Below, piece by piece: positions 54,957 through 64,000 of a stretch of 64,000 nt of DNA. Every line of letters begins with the position of its first letter. Within the stretch, counting starts at the first letter, position 1. The notes below the pieces were generated by a model that was not told the origin of the DNA, ran no database searches, and was given only the letters and a program-made list of their open reading frames with translations. The DNA comes from Plasmodiophora brassicae (taxonomy: Eukaryota). The stretch spans positions 496,001-560,000 of the forward strand of contig CP145424.1 in assembly GCA_036867785.1 (NCBI GenBank). Reading direction: 5' to 3'. Both the position numbers and the translations under genes were made by a program.

Positions 54957-55565
54957 CTAGTACATTTTGCAGCACTGGTTGTTTCTCTTGGCGCCCTTGT
55001 AGAATGCGACAGATATGCCGGTCAGGTCTTCCGATTTCGCCATCAGGCTGTCGATCGTCTCGCCGCGCTTCAGAATCTCCTCGATGTTCTTGTGCATGAT
55101 GTCCTTGACGTCGTCGAGGTTCTTCTGCACCTGGGTCAGCTTGTCGGCGTTCTCCGGGTTCTGGTACCGCTTCAGGTCGGCGTCCATGTCCGCGATCGCC
55201 AGGTTGGCGTCGGCGGTCACGTTTGCCCATTCGTTGGCGTGCTCGGTGTCCATGGCTCGCATGAATCTGCCGATCAACGAGAACGCCACGCGGACAGGGT
55301 ATTCACTATCGCAGATGACAACGCCGGCCATGCGGTCTTGCCTGACATGGACGTGGCACACGAAGGGGATGTCTGTCAGCGTCACGGTCTGTCGCACGCC
55401 CGCAGACGTCCGCTGACACGTCGTCCGGGACGCGAACGTCAGGTGCTCCCGGATCGTGGTGCGCTCGAAGAACGAGAACGACGACAGGTCCTCGGCCGTT
55501 GCCAACTTCAGCGGCGACTCATCGTCGGACCGCCATAGGAACACGGCAGCGTACAGGACTTTCAT
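54957..55565 (-). CDS. YKT6: longin R-SNARE Ykt6
   Basis: DLSSFSFFER, DSEYPVRVAF, YQNPENADKL..VQKNLDDVK..RGETIDSL..KSEDL, C-terminal CCKMY; intronless. Confidence 0.97.
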   Translation of the reverse strand: MKVLYAAVFLWRSDDESPLKLATAEDLSSFSFFERTTIREHLTFASRTTCQRTSAGVRQTVTLTDIPFVCHVHVRQDRMAGVVICDSEYPVRVAFSLIGRFMRAMDTEHANEWANVTADANLAIADMDADLKRYQNPENADKLTQVQKNLDDVKDIMHKNIEEILKRGETIDSLMAKSEDLTGISVAFYKGAKRNNQCCKMY

Positions 55566-55997
55566 GGGCCGCCGACACGCGCGACTCGGACTGCCCGCGG
55601 AACGCGACAATCTGCCAAAAAACGATGCAGGCCACCGACGTGATTTTGTCTTTTTTTTGCTACGTTGTCCCCCTCGACGACGACGACGTGCAGACCGCTA
55701 TCAGTCATCACGATGGTCGCCTACGAACGCCCCTCGTCCACGCCGCTGCGTGTTTGATCCGCACGAAATGTCGGAACCGCAGCTCGGACCGGCGCGTACA
55801 ACTCATGCATGCGCATGACAGATTTCGCTCCCGGGTGCTGCTGGCGAGTGGGGCGCCACGCTTGCGCGAACTGCACACCGGGTCCCGTGTGCTGTGTGGT
55901 GCAGCGATGACGGGTCCGCGCAGGAACGGCGCCCCGGTCTGCACTGAGCCGGTGGTCCGCGAAAACGCGTCACTCGGAGTGTTTCGGGGAGCGACGG

Positions 55998-57117
55998 ATG
56001 GCAGCGCCCGCCGTCGAATTCGAGTTGCGGTCGCCGCCGACGGACGGCATCAGCGCCGTGCAGTTCGGGTCGTCGACCGACAACCTGCTCGTGTCGTCGT
56101 GGGACAAGACGTGTCGCGTGTACGACGCGGTCGGCAATCGGCTCGTGCATGCGCACCCGCAGGCGTCGTCGGCGCTGTGCGCCGTGTTCTCCGCCGAGGA
56201 CGATTCGCGATACGTCTGCGGACTCGTGGACGGGTCTGTCGTCGAGGTCGACATCGAGCGCGCCGCACCGACAGCGCTGGCGTCGCATGCGGCCGGCGCC
56301 AAGTCGGTCGTCGCTATGAAACAGACGATCATATCCGGCGGATGGGACCGACAACTGTTCGTCCATGATCGACGGTCGAGGCAGTCGGCCGTGGATCGTG
56401 CCGATTTGCCTGGCAAGGTCTACGTTATTGCTGACGCCGGCCACCACCTTCTGCTAGTGGCCACCAGCGACCGGCATGTGCTGCTGTACGATGCGCGCGC
56501 GCTCTCTGCTGGGCCCACACAGGTTCGGCAATCGTCCCTAAAGCATCAGACGCGTGCCGCTGCCTGCGCTCCGACTCGTGACCATTACGTCGGTATGTCC
56601 CCGATTGCTACGTGGATCTGCATCGCGTCCTGATGACCGGTTCGGCAGTGTCGTCGATTGAAGGGCGCGTGGCGGTTGAGTATATTGACCCAGATCCTGC
56701 CGTACAGGCCAACAAGTACGCGTTCAAATGCCATCGGGGGACGGGACCGGATGGCCGGTCGTGCGTGTACCCGGTGAATGCGATCGCATTCCATCCTGTG
56801 CACGGGACATTCGCGACGGGCGGCGACGACCAGACTGTTAATATATGGGACGGGCAAGGTCGCAAGCGAATCCGACAGCTGCCGCCGTACACCACATCGG
56901 TCAGTGCGTTGGCGTTCAGTCGCCATGGCAACTACCTGGCCGTTGCCAGCTCCTATACGTACAGCGGTAAGGCCGTCGCCTATTACGTGTCCTTCACAGC
57001 GATCGCTCAGCGCCCCCGATGTCAGAGGGCGAACGCGACCACCCGCCGGATGCCGTCTTCATCAGGTCCATCGACGCCAACGATGTGCTGCCCAAGTCGA
57101 AACGCGTTCGCGATTAA
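55998..57117 (+). CDS. BUB3: mitotic checkpoint WD40 protein Bub3
   Basis: [72 protein letters not shown]. Confidence 0.93.
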
Positions 57118-57338
57118 CGAGTACCCCGCTGACGTTCTGCAATACATTCCGTGTCATTGTTCATTCGTCGTCACTCGTCACTGTTGCAGGCAGATCTGCA
57201 CGAGAAACGTGGGAGGGGCCGTCTCAAAGTGGACATCGATCGACGATTGCACTTGGAATCCGAAATTGCCGCCGCTGGGCGACGCGCGCCGCGCCAACGG
57301 TGTTGTGTCGTCGCAGTCGCGGGCGACCCCGTCGAACA

Positions 57339-58134
57339 ATGGCGCGCGTGTGCGCCGTTCGCCGGCACTATATGGGCCGGGCCCTAATAGGCCGACGGTG
57401 CAGCTCGACGTCGCTGTCGGACTGGAAGTGGGACGACAGCCGCGAACGTGGCTACTTTGCCGATATCAGGGAGTACACGGCGACGCGCGGTACGACCGCC
57501 CGCCCGGGGCCACGACGATGGCCCGTCCCTAACACGCGGTGGTTCGCAGGAGTCGTTGTGTCGCCTATGAACGCCATGCTGTCTTCCCGACATGGCATCC
57601 CGCTGCCGATGATCATGTGCCGATCGTTGGAGGAGCGGTTCGAACGCGAGGCGCCGTTGCCGGAAATCACGCCGCTGAACGGGCGAACGACGCTGATGGG
57701 GTTGTCGTTCCGGGAATCGGGCCGGCAGGCCTTGTCGACCTGGATCCAACCGTTCATGGCGACGTCGCCGTCCAGGAAGCAGTACGTCGAGGTCTGCGCC
57801 GTCGAAGGGCGAACGCATCGGTTCCTGCTGCGGTACGTGCTGCGGTCGTCGCTGCTTGCCAAGCTGGAACCCGCAGAGACGTCGCTCGTCAAGGCGCACC
57901 TGTACTCGTTCGTCGATCTCGTCGACGAGTTCCAGGCGCTTGGCGTCCGCAATCGTCTCGCAGGTGACAACTGCCCCTTTTTCGCTTTCCGTGACGTCGA
58001 CCTTGACCCAATCCCCGTTCAGGTTATGTGTTCCTGATAGATTCCCAGGGCAGGATTCGCTGGCGGGCGTCCGGCAAGCTGGAGGGCCCCGTGTGCGACA
58101 TGTTCACCAGGTTCGCCAACGAGCTGGACGATGA
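57339..58134 (+). CDS. hypothetical protein
   Basis: Long GC3-biased ORF with a probable terminal intron; no family recognised. Confidence 0.45.
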
Positions 58135-58171
58135 GATTGCACAGTGATACACGCGGGCGCTCGTTTATATA

Positions 58172-58902
58172 TCATGGCCTGCTGCCGGGTTTGTCCTCCC
58201 TCATGAGGTCCAAGATCAGTTGCCTGGGGATGAGGTCGTCGGCGTAGTCGTCGCAAGCGACCTCGATCTGCCTGAGCTTATCGTAGTACCAGTCCCGTTC
58301 GACCTCGATCGCGTCTCGCTCGGCGATGACCGCCGCCAGCGACTCCTCCGACTGGCTCGGCTCCCGGCGCTGCTTCTCCAACGGCTTCGGCGACGCGACG
58401 AACCCGCCCTGACCAGCGAGCCGTTTCGACCTTGCCCGGTACCTGGCCTCCCATTTCCTGGCGGCGCTGGCGCGTCTCGCTTCCGCGTCATAGCTCGTGT
58501 GTGCATTGTACATGGTCTGCCAAAGGTGCCGCAGCCACTGCGCCAGGTGCAGGATCTCCTGCGTGCGCCCACGAACGATCGCCTGCACATCGATGACGCG
58601 CTTGAGCCGATGGCGGTGCAGGGCGGCCAGGAACAGCCGGAAGTTGCCCTCGAACTCGTACACGTACTGCGCCGCGAAGTTCACACGATCCAGCGGGATC
58701 GTCCCCGGGTAGATCGAGTCGATCACCTGACAGACGATCGCGCCTGGCCACACGAATGTCAGCGGCGGCGTGCGAACGACAGCATCGAGCACGGCGGGCG
58801 CGAACCATCTCGAATTTGCTCGATGCGCGTGTACCCGGCTTTGAAGAACGAGTTCAGCCAGTCCAGCAGGTCGGTCGCCGACACAAAGTTCGCCGGGTTC
58901 AT
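58172..58902 (-). CDS. EB1: EB1/MAPRE microtubule end-binding protein (divergent)
   Basis: SATDLLDWLN..RIEQ|GAIVCQVIDSIYPG.IPLDRVNF (CH domain); EVERDWYYDKLRQIE (EBH domain). Confidence 0.9.
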
Positions 58903-59493
58903 ATTGCCTGGCGAACGCGCCGTTCAGAACGGTACCACCCTACCGCGCTGGCGTTTACCGATCGGACGCGGGCCCGACAGCGGCAGCATTGCTGGTCGTA
59001 TCGCTGCTCCTGCTGGCGGTTTCGCTTGCCCTGACTGTCGCCAGCGCCGCGTGCCGAACTGATATCTGGAGATATTTCGGCATCGTTCCGGGAACGCCCC
59101 CCTAACGCCGCTGCCCCTTCTTCGCCGCAGGCAAGGTGCACCCAGCTCCTAGTCAGCGACAACGAACAGCGCGAGGACATCGGTGACAACAGCTGGACGA
59201 CGAATGCGGGCGTCCAGCAACCGCGATTGATGCTCCCTTGTGGGGGACAGCAGGACCCTGAAAGATGGGGGACGCCGTCCCCAGACGGGTACGTTGGCCC
59301 TCATAGGGTACTCCTCGGTTGCCGTCTGACAGCATCGTTCCGGTTGTGCTGGATGCCGCCATCGCTGGATATAATATATCTGTAGTCTGATCGGTCGAGG
59401 CAGATATCTGGAGGGGCGCGCGCGCGATCCACCTGGATCGCGACGCGTACGCGCGCCCACCATTGCTGAAGCCGCGTAATTCGCGCTGCTGCC

Positions 59494-59746
59494 ATGACGA
59501 AAGCGAACGAACCCGCGCAGGCCAGCAAGCATCTATCGCGCGCCGAGCGCGTCCAGAAGATGCAGGCCGGCAAGGCACTCAAGAAGGTGCGTCCCCGATC
59601 GGCAATGAAAGCCGGCGTGCTTTGGGCTCAGAACTGTGTGGGACGTTTAGGCGAAGAAGGAGGCCGCCGTTGCCCGCCTGAACAAGGCCCGTATGGTTCG
59701 CGCCAGGAAGCTCCAGGATGCTCGTGCGTCCCACCCAGCCAAGTAG
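59494..59746 (+). CDS. small basic protein (~62 aa, one intron)
   Basis: MTKANEPAQASKHLSRAERVQKMQAGKALKK|AKKEAAVARLNKARMVRARKLQDARASHPAK*; intron 59587-59650. Confidence 0.55.
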
Positions 59747-59837
59747 TGGCCCCCTATGCCTGCGCCTGCAGCGTTTCGCGACGAATACAGTGCCTGACGT
59801 CATCGATGTTGATTGATGGGGCAACGTGTCTTGGCCG

Positions 59838-60230
59838 TTACCGACCAGGACGTTCCAGCACGGCAGGCGGGTGGGCATCGCGTTGTCGTTGCCCGGTGCA
59901 GTTGGGGAGCGGCGGGAGCGGCACGCTTGGAGGGGGATGCTGAAGCTCGTACACAGCGAGGTCCAGTCGTCTGATCGCCTGCGTGAGGACCTCCCGAGTG
60001 GACGGCGCCATCGACGCCCGCCCCGCATGATGGACCGCCTCGCCCGTCGGCGTCGTGGAAGGCCCCCGATGAACCCTCGCCCGAATTCGCGACAGGACCT
60101 CGGCGACGTCGTCCACGCGCGCCAACTCCTCGTCGAGCGTCGGCGTCGACCCCGACACGGGGCACCCATCCCAATGCACGATCGCGATCGCCGCAACGAC
60201 GCAGACGACGACCAGGCCCGGACGCGGCAT
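59838..60230 (-). CDS. small secreted protein
   Basis: MPRPGLVVVCVVAAIAIVHWDG signal-like N-terminus, helical region and Pro-rich tail. Confidence 0.5.
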   Translation of the reverse strand: MPRPGLVVVCVVAAIAIVHWDGCPVSGSTPTLDEELARVDDVAEVLSRIRARVHRGPSTTPTGEAVHHAGRASMAPSTREVLTQAIRRLDLAVYELQHPPPSVPLPPLPNCTGQRQRDAHPPAVLERPGR

Positions 60231-60597
60231 GGCCGCCCGATGAACGGGGAACGGCTGCAAATCACACCTCGAACTTGTCCTCGGCGTGGTTCGGCAGGCG
60301 GTCCGGCGCGCCGCTAAATTCAGCCGCGCCCGCGTTCGTCGTCGCCGCAACGATGACGTCTGCGCCAGCGCGCCCTCCGCCCGTCGTTGTCATCGCCGTG
60401 CCGCTTTCCGAACTGGGGCCAGGCAATGCAACGAAGGGTGTCGCGGTGGGGCGGTCCCAGGGGGCTGCAACGTGTTCGCCATCGCGTTGAGGGTGTGCCG
60501 TCCGGGCGCGTCCGGTCCAGGGGGCCGGTCGCGCTCGCGGCCCCTGTGACGCGGCGGGTGGTATCATCATGTATCGTCAGAAGATATCCGGTCGGCA

Positions 60598-61101
60598 ATG
60601 GAGGTGCCGGGCGAGCTCAAGGGCGGGCGCCTGCGCTGGACGTCGGAGGACGTCGCCAACCTGATGACGGGCGTCCTGACGTACGGGCACGCCTGGTCGA
60701 CGATCGTCAAGAAGTACGACTTCCGCGGGCGCAACGCCAAGGCCATCAGCGACAAGTTCTACTCGATCGCGGGCAAGGGCGACCGGCGCAGCATCTACTC
60801 GCCCGAGGAGGAGGCCGACCTGATCGAGGGCGTCAAGCGCTTCGGCTGTCGCAGCTGGAAACGGATCGTCGACGAGCCCGGCGAGGAAGGGCGACGGAGA
60901 AAGCGCGCGGAAGGCGAACGAGCTGACGACGACGACGACGACGACGAAGAGGGCGACAACGACGACGAGGGACGCGAGGCGAAACGCAGTCGGCCATCGT
61001 CTCCGACGTTCGTCAGGTTCCAGTCGCTCCTCCTGGCCGTCGCCGCCGAGCACAGCAACAACAGGAGCGCGACCGATGACGACCTACCTGCCTGCGTCTA
61101 G
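60598..61101 (+). CDS. Myb/SANT (telobox-like) protein
   Basis: RLRWTSEDVANLMTGVLTYGHAWSTIVKKYDFRGRNAKAISDKF, then partial second repeat YSPEEEADLIEGVKRFGCRSWKRI and an acidic tail. Confidence 0.8.
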   Translation: MEVPGELKGGRLRWTSEDVANLMTGVLTYGHAWSTIVKKYDFRGRNAKAISDKFYSIAGKGDRRSIYSPEEEADLIEGVKRFGCRSWKRIVDEPGEEGRRRKRAEGERADDDDDDDEEGDNDDEGREAKRSRPSSPTFVRFQSLLLAVAAEHSNNRSATDDDLPACV

Positions 61102-61135
61102 CGATTGCCCGACCGATAAACCCAGTGCACCGATT

Positions 61136-62102
61136 CTATTGAAGCGTGCCGCGCACGACCTGGATCACGATGTTGCGCCTGGTGATGCGGTTCAGGGTCG
61201 GCGCGTGCGTCCTGATCGAGGCGGCCAGCAGCCGCAGGTCGTCGATGGCGGCCCCGATCTCGTCCGGCGGGCAGGACCCCGCCAGGATCGACGACGGCAC
61301 GACACTCAGTACCAGGTGACGCATTCGTCGCCAGACGCCCATCAGCAGAATGCACCTGACCGCGTCGGGTCAGAACGTCTGGGGCTGACATTGGGCACCA
61401 TGCGACAACCGGTGCGGTCCCTGACGCTGGTCGTGGTCGTGGCACCAACGACGAAGGTCGATATCGGTTCGACAGCCGTGGAGAAGGAGGTCGTTGATAC
61501 CGGCCTCGTTCATCATGGGCGACTATGTGGCAGGGCGTAGTAAGGGACGGTTGTGTGGCCGGCATGGAAGGTTGCCGTCTTCACACACCTGGGAGAGGCG
61601 CTCAGGAATCGTGACGGTCTCCCAGTGCCGGCGAATCGCGTCAGGCGATTCCAGCTGGGCCGCGATCGGGTGCCAGTCGCTCTCCGACCATTCCCGAGCG
61701 CGACGATTGGCATGCGCGAGGACGGCGCCCTGGATCTTGCCAATGTCGCATCGTGGCCGTTCGAGCTCGTCGCAGACCCATTTGGTGGCGCGGCACCACT
61801 CCTCGTCGTTCAGCAACGCTCGACGCCGGGTCGCCAGGTACCGTTCCAGGAGTGGGACAGCAGCGCGATGGCAGGACGCGTCGGAAACGACGGTGGATGA
61901 GGGCTCCAGCAGCGATATCCGATCACGAATGGCGCTGGAGTAGGTAATGTCCCGGAAGATCTAACGACGGGTTGAGTCGTCAACGCTGATGCGAGGCAGC
62001 GTGCTCGAGGACCTGTTCGAAGACGAGTCTGGCGCGGCGGGGGCTGATGCCCAGCAACGACGACGTACGGCGGGCACAGTCGGCGAGTTCCCGGTCGTCA
62101 TG
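61136..62102 (-). CDS. hypothetical spliced protein
   Basis: Chain of GC3-biased minus-strand ORFs with plausible introns; no motif recognised. Confidence 0.35.
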
Positions 62103-62599
62103 AACGCGATCCTGGGAGGGCGCCGCGATTACCTAGGGCGCTGGCATTACACGTATTAGGTCAAAGGTACCTTGCGGCGGGCGAGATGCAGGCGGTGAGC
62201 CCTGGCCACGGTTGTCAGGTCGGGATCGGCTGTGAAGTCCACATTGTACAGCCGTTCAACGCGGGTCTTCCTGTCCAGGAACGCGCTGGCCAGTTCCGAC
62301 ACGCCGGATGCCATTCCGGGTGCCCGGCGCTAGGTATATCAAGGCAATGTCACCTGCCGACCGTACCGCATCAGCATCCCTCCCCAGATATATCCAGCGC
62401 ATTGGTCAGCAATACCCTGCCTCCAAAGGGTGACATTGGCAAGACGCGACAGTTGAGCCGCAACTGGCAGCCGCTTCGTAAGGCATCTAACAGACAGCTC
62501 AGGCTAACAGATCGAGAGCTCGGTCAGGTCGTCGAGCAACGACATTCGACCTCGTCTAGCACGTGCAGGTTCTAGACGGGTCTGCTCAACGGCAACAGT

Positions 62600-63552
62600 C
62601 GGTGTGACGAACGGTGCAGTATCACACCAAACGGCATCGGCTTCCACAAATAGATCGTGGCCCGTACAAGGTGGCGAGGCACCCGCCGCAGCGGGACCAT
62701 TGTCACGTTACTGGCGGGGCGCCTTCCAACCCGGAAGGCCGTTGAGGGCCCCTGGCGGTGGCCGACTGGGCGGACGCCCACATATCGTGGGCACTGGCGG
62801 TGAACGAAGATCACGATATGGGCGACCAGTTCCATTCCGAGCTGGTGCCGCTGCAGGGGTTCGGCAATGTCGACGCCGTCCCTCAGCAACTGGAATACAA
62901 TCTAACAGGGCGGCCGGCGTTCGCCATCGTCAATGTGTTCCTGCGCGGTCAGCAACGTGTTCTCGCATCTGCAGGTCAGAACCCGACCCTTGTTTATCGC
63001 ATGTACATAACGCGATCCGCTCGTAGGAAAGATGCAGTGGATGGACAGTAAGAATCGGCGTCTGTGGGGTTGCTGCTCGTGTTGATCTTGGAAGCGCCCA
63101 GGCGGCCTTCAGGTTGAGACGTCATGTCCCGACGGCGCTTGTGGGCGGTGCCTGGCCAAGGAGACGCTCTGCATGAACACATTCAATGTAGACTTCGCTC
63201 AGTACCGGGTCGGTTGTTGGCCGTAATCAAACACTACTGGTCAGGGCATCGGCGGTATCACGTTCGGCCTGAAAGAACCCGGCGACATTCTCCCGTTCGC
63301 CGTCGGGCCTGGCAACGGCTGGATCGTCAGCCACACGACGTTCGTCTGCGGCACCGACAACATCAAAGTCTCGGCCGCGTTTCCCGGGTGGGCACCTTGG
63401 GACGTTGCCAGCGAATCGTGTCTGACGTGTTCTGCTCCTGTAGCTGCATGATGGCTTGCTGTGGTGGAGAAGGGTTCTTCCTGACGCATGTGTCCATGAA
63501 GAACCATGGCGAAAGGTACTCATCGGGCATTGTACATTTAGACTGCCGATGA
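62600..63552 (+). CDS. hypothetical spliced protein; boundaries uncertain
   Basis: Coding-like ORF 62758-63051 flanked by plausible splice sites. Confidence 0.3.
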
Positions 63553-64000
63553 ACATGCTATGGACCTCGTAGTGGGATGTTCTTTGCCGGCGGGTATGGA
63601 GAGATCATTCGGCACGACAGTATGCCTGCGTGTGCTTTCTTGCGTCAGCGCGTCAAACCGACTCAGGGGGGTGCTTCTAATTGTTAGTCCCGGCCGGCAA
63701 GACGATGTACATCGACAACGGTCTGTTCTTTGCAGTCCACGAGTCAACGAAATTCGAAATCGGTATGGGGGACACAGCTTGATGCGATCGGCACGGTCTG
63801 ACATGTGTGGGTTTCTGCAGGCATCCTCAACCTGAAGGTCTGTAGTCGCGAACAACGCTCGGGTTTGGTCCTGTCTCACCCAACGGTAGACATGCCTGTT
63901 CGGTCAGCAGGGATTCATCATGAAGTTCCATGGTCCATGCGCCCTGTTCACGCAAAGCCGGTAACCATCAGCCGTAATGGCGCACCGTCAGGCTGACGCG

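Noticed and set aside
54957-54975. Ykt6 ending CCKMY as an atypical CaaX
   Set aside because: The double Cys is retained and terminal residues vary among protists; not enough to call it unusual

Overview
Eukaryotic, GC-rich, very gene-dense genomic DNA with short (~50-65 nt) GT-AG introns. About 30 protein-coding genes. The style and gene set (ciliary TMEM17/216-family gene, secreted kinase, GPCR-like proteins) suggest a flagellated protist; a phytomyxid such as Plasmodiophora is my inference, not a verified assignment. Recognisable genes: alpha-tubulin, DNAJC11-like, a C2H2 zinc-finger factor, SPX-ANK-GDPD (Gde1), a BEACH-WD40 protein, GTPBP1/2, pescadillo, a MIF4G protein, a tandem class-3 lipase, DcpS, an RS2Z-like SR protein, EXO1, OCRL/INPP5B, a 7TM-RGS protein, RBBP5, YKT6, BUB3, EB1 and a telobox-like Myb. 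The most unusual structure is outside these genes. (1) Two independent long fold-back inverted duplications built from transposon-like coding fragments: a non-LTR RT at 1.1-1.9 kb and a possible tyrosine recombinase at 45.2-46.4 kb. (2) A frameshifted Uma2/PD-(D/E)xK nuclease cassette flanked by short inverted and direct repeats at 22.1-24.1 kb. (3) A shared (CG)n-containing element upstream of tubulin and EXO1. (4) An intron that appears to split the Gde1 start codon. Exon boundaries were read by eye; coordinates of multi-exon genes span first to last codon and some ends are approximate.
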